Shown here piece after piece: positions 55,419 through 64,000 of a stretch of DNA of 64,000 nt (the first letter of the stretch is position 1; each line of letters starts with the position of its first letter). The position numbers and the translations under genes were made by a program. This DNA comes from a virus: positions 7,870 through 71,869 of IMG/VR virus record IMGVR_UViG_3300046812_000287; one strand, written 5' to 3'. The notes beneath the pieces were generated by a model. It was not told the origin of the DNA, searched no databases, and worked only from the letters and a program-made list of their open reading frames with translations.

Positions 55419-56366
55419 CTAGACGATGCCGTCGACGTAGGCGAACGCGCCCGGGCGCCGGACCTCGACGCCGCCGGTGCGGAAGATGCCGGGGATGTCA
55501 AAGGTGATGGGGCCGGTCTGCCAGACGGGCAGGAAGCGGTGCACCATCGGGATGTGGAGCTTCACCACGCGCGGGTCGCGACGATACGCGACCATTCGAC
55601 CGACGCCAAGCTTGCCGGCGGTGTCGAGGCCGATGATGCCGCGGATCATGAGCGGCGCACCGGTGGTGTGGGTGTAGAGGTTGTACTTAGCCAGGTAGTC
55701 GAGAGCGTTCCCGAAGGTGTTGGGCACGCGGGTGTTGGCCAGCAGCTCCATCGCCGTGATGGGCAGCAGGACGGTGTCCGCCATCTCCACTGTGAGCGAC
55801 CCGGAGTACACGTTCGTCAGCGCACTCTGGACGTCGCGGATGATCTGGTCGGCCGTCTTGTTCGACCACAGCGCTGAGGTGCCGGAGCCGTCCGCGACGG
55901 CGTCAGTTCGCGTCACGTTCGCGTTGTTCAACAGGCCGGTGATGCCCTTGCTGGTCGAGCCGAGGCGCGCGAGGCGGTCCATGAACTCCTCGTAGGACCG
56001 GCGCGAGGCCTCGGCCTTCTCGCTGGAGAGGTTGAGGCCGGGGATCATCATCGCCTGCCCCAGCTCCTCCAGCGTGTAGCGATAGCCAATGCCAGCCATC
56101 TCGATGCCCTGCTCGAACTTCTGGCGGTTGATGTCGGCCAGCCGCATGTCAGTGGCGAAGCCGTCGAACCAGTCGGCCTGACCGACCTTGTCCATCGAGA
56201 AGTAAGTGACCGACTTCGCCCACTCGTTAGCCGAGGAGTCAATCGGCACCAGCTGCGGGTAGAGGATATCCGGATACTGGATGCGGTACACCTCCGCCTC
56301 GATGAAGGTGGTCTGCGAAGTGAGGAAGCCCAGCGCCTGCTGGGAGTCCATCAAATTCATTCTCAT
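55419..56366 (-). CDS. Major capsid protein (DUF2184 / encapsulin-related HK97 fold)
   Basis: FL.SQ...IE..VY...YP...GYRYT.EEL...GLLN...RMVAY...GGVEVRRP.A..YVDGI; RBS AGGAG, start 56366. Confidence 0.92.
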   Translation of the reverse strand: MRMNLMDSQQALGFLTSQTTFIEAEVYRIQYPDILYPQLVPIDSSANEWAKSVTYFSMDKVGQADWFDGFATDMRLADINRQKFEQGIEMAGIGYRYTLEELGQAMMIPGLNLSSEKAEASRRSYEEFMDRLARLGSTSKGITGLLNNANVTRTDAVADGSGTSALWSNKTADQIIRDVQSALTNVYSGSLTVEMADTVLLPITAMELLANTRVPNTFGNALDYLAKYNLYTHTTGAPLMIRGIIGLDTAGKLGVGRMVAYRRDPRVVKLHIPMVHRFLPVWQTGPITFDIPGIFRTGGVEVRRPGAFAYVDGIV

Positions 56367-56479
56367 GATGGTATTCTCCTGTGAAGGGCTGGGATCAGCC
56401 CGCGAAGTGGGAATAGAAGTACCGCGACCCGTGGGCCACGCAGGTCGTGGTTCGGGGAACTGATTAGTTCCCCGAATTA

Positions 56480-56992
56480 TCAACCGGCGTCGGAGTTGCC
56501 AGAGGACGAGGAGAGTCGCAGCACGGCGAGCGCGCCGGCCACCGCCGTAGTCATCCACCGCGCGTCGTCGATGGCGGTACCGCTCGTCAAGTTGGAGTTG
56601 CCGAGCAGGCCGGTGGTCGTGTTGTAGTAGGCCGCGTCTCCGGCGTTGACCGCCTCATGCGCCACCACCCAGATGTCGCCGCGCACCATGACGCCCATGT
56701 TGTCAGTGTCCTGGTACTTGTCAGTGAAGGTGGAGCTTAGGTTCGGCAGCGTCGGGTCAGCGACCGTGACGCCGACGAAGGCCTTACCGGAGAGCCCGCC
56801 GAGGCAGGCGGAGCGGTCGCCGTGGAGCGTGCCCTGGCTGACCGCGAGGCCGAAGCCAATGCCGGCGGTGCCGGCGGGGTCCTCGCAGATTTTCGTGTCG
56901 ATGTCCCACCCGGAGGTGGTCGCCGGCATGCCGTTCTGCGCGGCAGTGAGGTACTGGGTGTAGGTAGTCTGGACCGGGCTGGGAGTCAACAT
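56480..56992 (-). CDS. Capsid decoration/cement protein
   Basis: VQTTY...IGFGLAV...Y...MGVMVRGDIWV; between scaffold and capsid genes. Confidence 0.8.
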   Translation of the reverse strand: MLTPSPVQTTYTQYLTAAQNGMPATTSGWDIDTKICEDPAGTAGIGFGLAVSQGTLHGDRSACLGGLSGKAFVGVTVADPTLPNLSSTFTDKYQDTDNMGVMVRGDIWVVAHEAVNAGDAAYYNTTTGLLGNSNLTSGTAIDDARWMTTAVAGALAVLRLSSSSGNSDAG

Positions 56993-57118
56993 TTTGCCCT
57001 TACTCCTTCATTTTCGAGTTGATGAGTCGCCTAGCCGTATCGAACGGCTTCCGACTGGGTTTGCGCGTTTTCCCCACACAATCTAGTCGGCGCATGCCGC
57101 GCTCGGCGCGTGAACTAG

Positions 57119-59110
57119 TTACTGCTTCGCCGGCGTGCGCCAGGCGTCCTTCAGGTACGCCTCGCGCTCCGCCAGGGCCGCGTCGCGGACGTCGACCTGG
57201 CCTCCGCCGCCGTTCTGGTGCGAGCGGCTGATCGAGTCGGCGAGGCGAGCAGTTCCGGAGTTAGCCGCCGCGACGGTGAGGGCCTTGAACGCTCCCTCGA
57301 TGGCGGCGTCGCTCATGTCCTTCGTCGCGTCGCCGAGCTTGGCGGAGACCGCCGCCTTGCGGATGTCGGCGACCGACTTGCCGTCGAAAGAAAACGTATT
57401 CGGCAATAGCTTCATTGCCGAATCAGTCACAGCGAGTCGGTCCTTGACCAGCGCGTCGAGCTTCTCCGGCGAGTTGAGCGCCTGGGCGTCGGCCAGCTGC
57501 TGCTTGAGGGCGACGATCTCGCCCGCGGCCGCGTCCAGCTTCAGCTTGGCGTCCTTCTGCATCCTCTCGTCCTCCTCGTCGGCCTCCTCCTTGTCGGCCT
57601 TGGCCTTCGCGGCGTCGGCCTTCGTGTCGCTCAGCTGGGCCGAGAGGTTGGCGATGTGCTTCTTGATGACGGTGGCGCTCAGTTCGTCGGCTACCTCGAT
57701 CTGGGCGCCGTCGACTACTACGATGGCGTTCATTCTTCTCTCTCCTCTATCAGTGCTGCGGGGTGCAGCATCCTTGGTCGACTTGACCCAGTCGTCGGGC
57801 AGTGACGCGCTATCACGTAACCGGGGGTAAGAGTACCCACCGCCGCGCGCTTGCTTTGGCTCCTCACCAAAAGTTTCTTTGTAAGCACCAGACAGTGGCA
57901 TTTCACGCCCACCAGGCATGACAACATGATATGTGCCACCCTTCCCAACACCACTGCCAGCACTTTTTTTTATTTGCTCACTGAGGTGTTGCATCGCGGC
58001 TTTTGCTGTTGGATGAGACGCAACAGTCGGCTCTCCGATCGGCTTACCAACTTCCCCCTGTGCCAGCGAATAAGAACCGACCTTTGTTTTGTAGTCCCCT
58101 TTTCCACTTCCAGGGCCTTCGCCCCGCTTATACGACCCATACCCGTGCTCATCCTTGTCGTCGCTGACGTCAGCGTCCTGAGTCAAGTCCTCCTGGCAGT
58201 ACGGGCACACGGTCGCGTCCTCGTCGACGTCCATGCCGCACTTCGGGCACTTGGAGTCGTCCTCCATGTCGATATTGTCGTCGGTCATATCAACCTGAGC
58301 ATCTTTTGCATCTGGAGACTCATTCAAATACTTTTGATATTCCTCTTTAGTCAAATTATTGCTGACCCGAACTTCTTCATGAACATGCTCAGGATGAACC
58401 CCATAATCTTCTGACTTTTTGGCTACAGCTTCTTTTAAGCCCATACCTCGCGTGGATAGTTGATCAACATCCTTGGCCGCAGATACAACACTACGGCGAT
58501 ATGATTTTGTCCCAGGGGTCGGGTTAGCTCTAGCTCGAACAGCTGTTGATCTTGGGTATGACCCATACCCGTGCTCATCCTTGTCGTCGCCGATCTTGAG
58601 GGTGTCACCGCCGCGCGCGACCGGGACGATGGCGAGGTGGTTGGCGCGGATGGCGGTCTGCACCGCGTCGTAGGTGTCGCCGGCGGGCGTCTTGCCGCTC
58701 TTCCACTTCAGGTCAGTCGAGTATCCCATGCTGAGCTCGCGCGCGGAACCATCCTCGACCGCCGCGATCGTGGCGGCGTCCATGATGACCATGGGGACGC
58801 GAATGTGGTCGCCGTCGCGGATCACCTCGTCACCGGTGTGGCCCTTCGCGAACTTCTTCCAGTTCCGCGAGTTGACCGTGACCGAAGGGTGCGTGAGCGT
58901 CACCGGGCGGTGCGCCATCGACTTCATGGCGTCCCGGTGGAACACCTCGGAGGGAGGTCGGTAGACCCGAACTGTATCCAGTTCTGGCCTCCCGAGCTCC
59001 TTGCCCTTGTACACCTGGACGCCGGTGCGAGCGACGTTCGCGTAGGCCGCGAGATAACCGTCGCCAGTGCGCCAAACGCTGTCGAGCACGAACGAGTCGA
59101 AGAGTTTCAT
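57119..59110 (-). CDS. DUF2213 prohead protease/scaffold with inserted cassettes and a zinc ribbon
   Basis: GYL...ARTGVQ.Y...VYRPP.EVF...T..HP...ELSMGY...NHLAIV..ARGG; coiled-coil C-terminus; CPKC...CPYC. Confidence 0.9.
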   Translation of the reverse strand: MKLFDSFVLDSVWRTGDGYLAAYANVARTGVQVYKGKELGRPELDTVRVYRPPSEVFHRDAMKSMAHRPVTLTHPSVTVNSRNWKKFAKGHTGDEVIRDGDHIRVPMVIMDAATIAAVEDGSARELSMGYSTDLKWKSGKTPAGDTYDAVQTAIRANHLAIVPVARGGDTLKIGDDKDEHGYGSYPRSTAVRARANPTPGTKSYRRSVVSAAKDVDQLSTRGMGLKEAVAKKSEDYGVHPEHVHEEVRVSNNLTKEEYQKYLNESPDAKDAQVDMTDDNIDMEDDSKCPKCGMDVDEDATVCPYCQEDLTQDADVSDDKDEHGYGSYKRGEGPGSGKGDYKTKVGSYSLAQGEVGKPIGEPTVASHPTAKAAMQHLSEQIKKSAGSGVGKGGTYHVVMPGGREMPLSGAYKETFGEEPKQARGGGYSYPRLRDSASLPDDWVKSTKDAAPRSTDRGERRMNAIVVVDGAQIEVADELSATVIKKHIANLSAQLSDTKADAAKAKADKEEADEEDERMQKDAKLKLDAAAGEIVALKQQLADAQALNSPEKLDALVKDRLAVTDSAMKLLPNTFSFDGKSVADIRKAAVSAKLGDATKDMSDAAIEGAFKALTVAAANSGTARLADSISRSHQNGGGGQVDVRDAALAEREAYLKDAWRTPAKQ
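58134..58590. repeat. 31-bp direct repeat (58134-58164 and 58560-58590) encoding DDKDEHGYGS
   Basis: GACCCATACCCGTGCTCATCCTTGTCGTCGC present twice. Confidence 0.9.
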
Positions 59111-59268
59111 CTTTCGCTCCTGATGATCTTATACGGTTGGCGCGGCGAGCCCTCCTGAACGACGTTCAGCGTCCCGTCCGGCAGCATGCCGACGGGCGGG
59201 GCGTCCTCCAGCCTGGCCTTCCGGCCAACCTCCTGTTCGTTCGCCAGCTGCCGCTCGAAGTCGTCCAC
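59107..59268 (-). CDS. 53-aa ORF directly downstream of the MuF-toxin gene (not in ORF track)
   Basis: RBS AGGAG, GTG start, MDDFERQLANEQEVGRKARLEDAPPVGMLPDG...; ATGA overlap with the protease gene. Confidence 0.6.
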   Translation of the reverse strand: MDDFERQLANEQEVGRKARLEDAPPVGMLPDGTLNVVQEGSPRQPYKIIRSER

Positions 59269-59269
59269 G

Positions 59270-62200
59270 TCAAATCTCCTTCAAGATGATCTTGTTTCCC
59301 TCGCGACCGGTGACCTTAAATCGGGAGCCGGACTTGAACAGCACTTCTGACTCGTCGGGATGACTTGATAGCTTGGAGATGTCGCGGCCCGACTTGCCGT
59401 GTATCTCGAAGCGCAGGTCACCGTGCCAGGTGCTGGAGTTCTTCGAGGTGCTCGTGAAGGCGCGCTCCTCGATCACCATGCCCGGCTGGTAGAGGCCCTT
59501 GGCGCTCTCCGGCATGCTCGCCTTCCGGTAGCTCACCCCCACGTAGGGCGGCAGCTTGTCGAGCGAGGAGTTCAGCAGCACGGCGTAGTGGTGCTGCTCC
59601 TCCGTCATCACGCCCGCGCGCAGCGCAGCATTGACCCCGTTATAGTGAGAGCCGGAGTAGGCGACGATGCTCGCGGCTTCAGATGGCGTGATACCAGTCA
59701 AGTTCTTGCTGGCGATCTTGTGCGCAGCGCTGTCGATATAGCTCTTAACTGATTCTATGCCGACCTTCCCGGCCAGGGCCTTGGCGGCCGGGTCGGCCAG
59801 CAGGGTCGCGTGCTTAGCTTCCTCGGCAGATTTAGCTTCCTCAGCGGCCTTCTGCGCGACAACTGAGTTCACGTGACGCGTCACCAGGTCGGCCTTGCGC
59901 GCGACTAGCTTATCGGCCAGAGCTGTACTGCCGCCGTTCTGCAGCACTGTGTCGCGGATGGACTGGTCGGGTATGTTGGCGACCTTAGCGACGGACTCGC
60001 CTAGCTGCGCAGTCGTCATGCTACCAAACAGCTTGGCATTGTCTGGGCTCTTCCCGGCGCTGCGCATCGAGGTGTACTCATTGACCGCGTGCCCGAACGC
60101 GTCGCCCTTCAGGCTGCCCTGCGCGCGATATTCGAGCGCGCCGCCTACGTCAAGCGTGGTGACCTTTCCGCCTATCACACCCTGGTTGTCGCCGCCGGTG
60201 CCCGCCGCGTCCCAGTTCGCGAGCCAGGCGTGGACGGCGAAGTTCTTCTGCGCCTCCGTCCGCTGCTCTGGGTCCAGCTGCGATACGTTGTTCTTCTCCA
60301 GCGCCTCCAGCCGGGTCGCAACGTGGTTTCCACCTACCACTGGCACGTAGTCGAGGGTCTTGACGCCGGCCAGCTGGTACAGCTTCACGGCCAGCAGCTC
60401 GTTCATGACGTGGGCCGGGCTCTGTGGCTCCTTGACGTAGTACTTGAGACCGTGCTCGTCCTGGTACACACCGCCCTTGTTGGAGCCCATCTTCTCTCCC
60501 ACCTTCGTCATCTTGCTGACGTCGATGGAGCCGGGAGGTGTGGGCGTGGGGACCGGAGCCGGAGCAGACGGCGTAGACATGGATGGCGTCGGAGCCGGAG
60601 CGGTCACTATCGGCGTCGGAGCGGGAGACATGGACGCCGGCTTAGAGCCGAGTTGCGGAAGTACCGCGCCGCGCTTCAGGTCGAGCGTGTAGTCAGATTT
60701 AGTGTAGGGCGTGTTCTTAAAAATCTCACCCATCTTAGCGTCGGGGTTCGCTTTCACATAGGCTTGTAAGGCTTCCCAACGCTTGGTGCGTTCTGTTCCG
60801 GCTTGCCGAGGAACCTTCTTGCCAAGTATAAACTTTTGATGCTCGACCTTTAGCTGCGCCGTTCCGCCCGCGCCTCCGCCAGCGAACTCGCCACCGTCCG
60901 GGGAACCGGCCGGAACGCGCGGCTGATCCGGGTTATAGGCATCGAGCGCGAGGAGCAATTCGCTCAGCGCATCCGATACTTCCGCGAACCGCTCGTCGTC
61001 AGCCGGGACGAAGGCGCAGCGGCAGTTAAGGTGCGCGGGTATCAGGGACTCGGCCTCGTCGATGTCGTAGGGCCCACCGTCCGATATGTCCTGGCACTCC
61101 TCGCAGACCAGGTCGTCGCCGGCCGTCAGCACGTCGACCCGGCCGAGGGACTGGAGGCGCGCCTCCTGCTTGAGGATCGAGCCCAGCTGCCTCGGGGACG
61201 GAGGCGACTTGCTGTATGATACCCGGCCGGTCGGCGGCTTCGCACGCTGGTAGATCGATGATGCCTTCGGGTTGGTCGACGCGCGCCAGCCGACGCTAGC
61301 ATCACGCACTTGGGGGTTTCTTAGCATCCCCTCACTAATCGAAAAGTCCTTATTGCGCCCTTTATTTTCGACAAATCCAAATCTCTTATAGAACTTAACA
61401 AGCCGAGATCGTGAAGTGGTTCCGTGTCGATCATCATAAAGTCCAGGGGTCAATGTCACTCGCAAATTATGCTTATCAGCAAACTCGACAATATCTCTCA
61501 TGGCTGCCGAGCCTACGCCGGATTTTTGATTTTCCTTTGGGACCTCTAAGTCCGATATATTTAAGTCATCTCTTTTTATGAATAAGTTAAGACGAGCAAG
61601 GCCATGTTTCTTGACTAACTCATCTGCAAAAGCGCCAACTCCTTCATTTGTCCACCTCCCGTGTTCATCACGGGGTTCGTCGTCTGAGCCGGCGTCCCTC
61701 GCTAGCGTCTTCCCGTAGTACGGACCGACCTTGACGCGCACGCGCTCTGCCTGCGTGCCGACGCGGGTGACGCCCTGGGCGCGGAAGGCGTCGAGCGTGG
61801 CGGCGGCGAAGGTCTTGACGACCATGTGGTTCGCCATCTGACGCGCGCGGTTCTTCCCGATAACGTCGACGACCGCGGCCACGGCTCGCGCTATCTTGAG
61901 CGGTCGCTGGCACAGCATGATGCCCTCGGCCACGACGCGGATCGCGTGCTGGTTAACCGCGTCGCAGACGCCCTGCAGCTCGGCGATGGTGACGGAGCGG
62001 AGGACCGCGAGGCGGTCATTCGACAGGTCTTGAGTAGGTCCAGCCAGGTGCGCAGCGCGCGAGCGTGCCAGCACCGCCGTCGCATCAATGTACTTGCCAG
62101 TCCAGGTTCCGTCGCCACCTAGCACGACCTGGCGCAGCGCCTCGTCGAGCCAGTGGCTGAAGCCCGCGACCTTGTCGACGCCCGGGAGCGGGGAGTGCTG

Positions 62201-62440
62201 GGTAGCAGGACCCGGGCGCGTCGGCACGACGCCGGTGGGCGGTATCGCGCCCATCCCCAGGATGTTCGCGCTCGACAGCGCCTCGATGGTCATGTTGCGC
62301 AGCCGCGCCCAGCGCCGGTCGAGGTCCGCGCGGAACTTTCCCCGCAGCGGGCCGGTGCCCGTAGGGTCGACGCGCTGCGACGTTCCGTCGTCGACGCGAA
62401 CGCGACGGTGAGTGTGGCGATGGTCGAGGAGGAGCGTCAC
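59270..62440 (-). CDS. MuF (SPP1 gp7-like) minor head protein fused to GNAT, kinase-like and ADP-ribosyltransferase domains
   Basis: DPT.T..LR, TAGDD.VC..C, IPAH.NCRC (MuF); QKSGVGS...LVKFYKRFGF (GNAT); GSN.GG.Y...YVK...NE...NWD...N...LDVG (kinase); YR...FTSTS...ESEVL (R-S-E ART); GTG start 62440. Confidence 0.88.
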   Translation of the reverse strand: MTLLLDHRHTHRRVRVDDGTSQRVDPTGTGPLRGKFRADLDRRWARLRNMTIEALSSANILGMGAIPPTGVVPTRPGPATQHSPLPGVDKVAGFSHWLDEALRQVVLGGDGTWTGKYIDATAVLARSRAAHLAGPTQDLSNDRLAVLRSVTIAELQGVCDAVNQHAIRVVAEGIMLCQRPLKIARAVAAVVDVIGKNRARQMANHMVVKTFAAATLDAFRAQGVTRVGTQAERVRVKVGPYYGKTLARDAGSDDEPRDEHGRWTNEGVGAFADELVKKHGLARLNLFIKRDDLNISDLEVPKENQKSGVGSAAMRDIVEFADKHNLRVTLTPGLYDDRHGTTSRSRLVKFYKRFGFVENKGRNKDFSISEGMLRNPQVRDASVGWRASTNPKASSIYQRAKPPTGRVSYSKSPPSPRQLGSILKQEARLQSLGRVDVLTAGDDLVCEECQDISDGGPYDIDEAESLIPAHLNCRCAFVPADDERFAEVSDALSELLLALDAYNPDQPRVPAGSPDGGEFAGGGAGGTAQLKVEHQKFILGKKVPRQAGTERTKRWEALQAYVKANPDAKMGEIFKNTPYTKSDYTLDLKRGAVLPQLGSKPASMSPAPTPIVTAPAPTPSMSTPSAPAPVPTPTPPGSIDVSKMTKVGEKMGSNKGGVYQDEHGLKYYVKEPQSPAHVMNELLAVKLYQLAGVKTLDYVPVVGGNHVATRLEALEKNNVSQLDPEQRTEAQKNFAVHAWLANWDAAGTGGDNQGVIGGKVTTLDVGGALEYRAQGSLKGDAFGHAVNEYTSMRSAGKSPDNAKLFGSMTTAQLGESVAKVANIPDQSIRDTVLQNGGSTALADKLVARKADLVTRHVNSVVAQKAAEEAKSAEEAKHATLLADPAAKALAGKVGIESVKSYIDSAAHKIASKNLTGITPSEAASIVAYSGSHYNGVNAALRAGVMTEEQHHYAVLLNSSLDKLPPYVGVSYRKASMPESAKGLYQPGMVIEERAFTSTSKNSSTWHGDLRFEIHGKSGRDISKLSSHPDESEVLFKSGSRFKVTGREGNKIILKEI

Positions 62441-62646
62441 GCGGGGCTGCCCCCGAGGCCGCCGAACGAGCACTCGGAGCCGGTCACCTTGGCGCCGTGC
62501 GGGGCGACGTGCGCGCGGAACTCCTCGACGCGCGCCGGCCGGGCCATCTCGCATAGCTCCAGCGTCGCGTAGTGCGGGTCGTCGAGGACGCCCTCGCCAG
62601 ACGCCCCGGTCGACGCGATGACGAAGCTGACGATAATGGTAAACAT
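62437..62646 (-). CDS. Small hypothetical protein
   Basis: Hydrophobic N-terminus, Y..LELC...C; coupled ORF. Confidence 0.5.
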   Translation of the reverse strand: MFTIIVSFVIASTGASGEGVLDDPHYATLELCEMARPARVEEFRAHVAPHGAKVTGSECSFGGLGGSPA

Positions 62647-62647
62647 C

Positions 62648-62839
62648 CTAGTCCTCTACCAGAGGGACAACAACGAAACCGGCCAGCCAGAGTCGCGACA
62701 GCAGCGAGTCGACGCTGCGCGCGGAGGCATGCCCGTCAAAGATGGCCAGCAGCGCCTCGCGCGCGCCGTTCCCGCAGCCGTCCGGAGGCGGCACAGCCCG
62801 ACCGGCGCGAAGGTGAACTATGTCGGCCGACACGATCAA
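62648..62839 (-). CDS. Hypothetical protein
   Basis: D.LL.RLW..GF.VVP motif; coupled ORF. Confidence 0.5.
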   Translation of the reverse strand: MIVSADIVHLRAGRAVPPPDGCGNGAREALLAIFDGHASARSVDSLLSRLWLAGFVVVPLVED

Positions 62840-63210
62840 ATCCCGCCCGGCGCGACGTAGCAGATGACATGCTTGTTCGAGTCGAGGAACACGATGCCGT
62901 GGCCTGTCGGGTTACCGTTGTCCCACTTCATCTTGCTGTTCGGTATCGAGACGTGCGCGCCCAGCTCCACGTTGCCCTTGCTTTCGGTGATGATCGCGAC
63001 GTAGTGGTCCCCCTCGACCTCAAACGTGTCGGCCTCGAAGGCATCTGCCTCGCCGCAGCACGACACGTAGGGGTTGTCAGGCTGCATCAGGTTCTGGAAC
63101 CAGGTGCGGACGGCCGGGGAGGTCTGGTCATACTGCCCGAGGTCGCGCGCACTCGCGGCGTACACCACCACGGTGAAGCTGAACAGGGAGATCATCAAAA
63201 TTCTTCTCAA
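62836..63210 (-). CDS. Secreted protein with SCCGEAD motif
   Basis: Signal peptide; WF..L.QP...SCCGEAD...NPTGH.IV...CY.P. Confidence 0.7.
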   Translation of the reverse strand: MRRILMISLFSFTVVVYAASARDLGQYDQTSPAVRTWFQNLMQPDNPYVSCCGEADAFEADTFEVEGDHYVAIITESKGNVELGAHVSIPNSKMKWDNGNPTGHGIVFLDSNKHVICYVAPGGI

Positions 63211-63219
63211 CTCATCCTC

Positions 63220-63441
63220 CTACAGTTGGCCGTAGCGCCTGAGAACGTCGCGACACTGGCTCCCGACGCGGAAGCTGTGGGTCGCCAAGACGGCCCCGCA
63301 GCGCAGGAGGTTGCTCAGGTTGATGCCCTCCGAACGGTCGCAGAACCGGGCGGCCGCCGGGCGGCACGGGGCCAGCTCCTGAACGTCGAACGCCTGCGCG
63401 CTTGACGAGAGCAAGAAGACAACAAGGGCGAACATTCTCAC
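63220..63441 (-). CDS. Small secreted Cys-rich protein
   Basis: Signal peptide (SSAQA); C..AA.RFC...C...CRDVL. Confidence 0.65.
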   Translation of the reverse strand: MRMFALVVFLLSSSAQAFDVQELAPCRPAAARFCDRSEGINLSNLLRCGAVLATHSFRVGSQCRDVLRRYGQL

Positions 63442-64000
63442 AGCCCGAAGCCCACACGGACGTAGTCACCTATCTTCTTTGGGGTCAGTCTAGGGTCGAA
63501 GTTCCACCTGGCGTTATTGAGCGCGGCGGTCATGAAGCCGTCGACCGACGCCGTCAAGCCGAGCGTGGTGGCGTAGCTCTCCATCGTCCTCGTGGGGTCG
63601 GTGTAGTGGTCCGCTGAAAGGTTGACCTGGTTTGGCGTCCAAGTGTTCGCCGCTCCGCTCCCGGGGACGCCGCCGGGTGAGTCGTGAGTGCCACCTGAGT
63701 CGCCGTTCGTGGGCGGTCCACCGTCAGGCCAGTCATAGATGATGTTATCAGTGAAACTGAGCCCGTGGACGCCGTTCGTCTCGATGCTCGCGACGGTCAC
63801 ACCCCACCCGCTGATGCCAGCGACTGAGTCGACACGAATGCGCACGCCGCTGATACCACCAAACGAGGCCGTGAGCACGTCGCCGACCTGCATGTTGCGA
63901 CCCGTGCCGACGATCGTATACGACGTAACACTTCCTCCGACGCCAATCGTGAATGTCGCGACCGCACCAGAACCAGCCATGCTGCCGGAGAAGTTTGTGA
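63438..64000 (-). CDS. C-terminal part of a Gly/Thr-rich beta-helix-like protein (truncated by the window edge)
   Basis: FTDNIIYDW...YTDPTRT...Y.R.GF; 5' end probably outside the window. Confidence 0.5.
   Translation of the reverse strand, partial: TNFSGSMAGSGAVATFTIGVGGSVTSYTIVGTGRNMQVGDVLTASFGGISGVRIRVDSVAGISGWGVTVASIETNGVHGLSFTDNIIYDWPDGGPPTNGDSGGTHDSPGGVPGSGAANTWTPNQVNLSADHYTDPTRTMESYATTLGLTASVDGFMTAALNNARWNFDPRLTPKKIGDYVRVGFGL

Noticed and set aside
55419-56558. Longer track starts for capsid, MuF (62554), radical SAM (33751), chaperone (44201), oxidoreductase (4937) and UvrD (14012)
   Set aside because: The extensions overlap upstream genes; internal starts have RBSs or stop/start coupling
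60440-60470. QDEHG in the kinase domain as another cassette tag
   Set aside because: It sits in the beta-hairpin just before the catalytic Lys (YYVK), so it is probably coincidental
1-64000. Prophage with integrase/att sites or IS elements
   Set aside because: No recombinase, transposase, repressor pair or host housekeeping flank seen; lifestyle cannot be settled because the genome extends beyond the window
21000-64000. High frequency of GTCGAC/TCGA words as a signal
   Set aside because: Explicable by GC-rich codon usage (GTC-GAC, Val-Asp); cannot be judged without a codon-aware count

Overview
This is a 64-kb segment of a GC-rich tailed (siphovirus-type) bacteriophage. No integrase, tRNA, rRNA or CRISPR array was seen; terminase and portal probably lie beyond the right edge. 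GcrA-like, DUF3309-like, VPLPA-CTERM and Cys-rich secreted genes suggest an alphaproteobacterial (probably Hyphomicrobiales) host. The left arm (mostly + strand, 0.3-21 kb) encodes a TOPRIM primase-SF3 helicase, an SSB-like protein, a compact nucleotide/sugar enzyme operon coupled to a DEDDh exonuclease and DnaE, VRR-NUC, UvrD-like and SNF2-like helicases, early genes and GcrA. That operon comprises a UDP-galactopyranose-mutase-like flavoprotein, an active-site-altered ThyX, a HAD phosphatase, an SDR, a VOC enzyme and DUF6378. The right arm (- strand, 64-21 kb) encodes a MuF protein carrying GNAT, kinase and ADP-ribosyltransferase domains, a DUF2213 protease/scaffold with inserted cassettes, a decoration protein, a DUF2184 capsid, a methyltransferase plus Maf-like transferase, about 7 kb of Ser/Thr/Gly-rich appendage genes, neck and tail genes, an 8-gene glycan synthesis/modification cluster and a membrane-rich lysis module. 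The three best candidates for new biology are: (1) a DNA base-hypermodification pathway built on a repurposed ThyX fold; (2) a virion glycosylation system, with a putative capsid-docking domain shared by a glycosyltransferase and the small gene after the capsid gene; (3) motif-tagged, protease-released effector cassettes in head proteins. All family assignments come from motifs recognised by eye; no searches were run.
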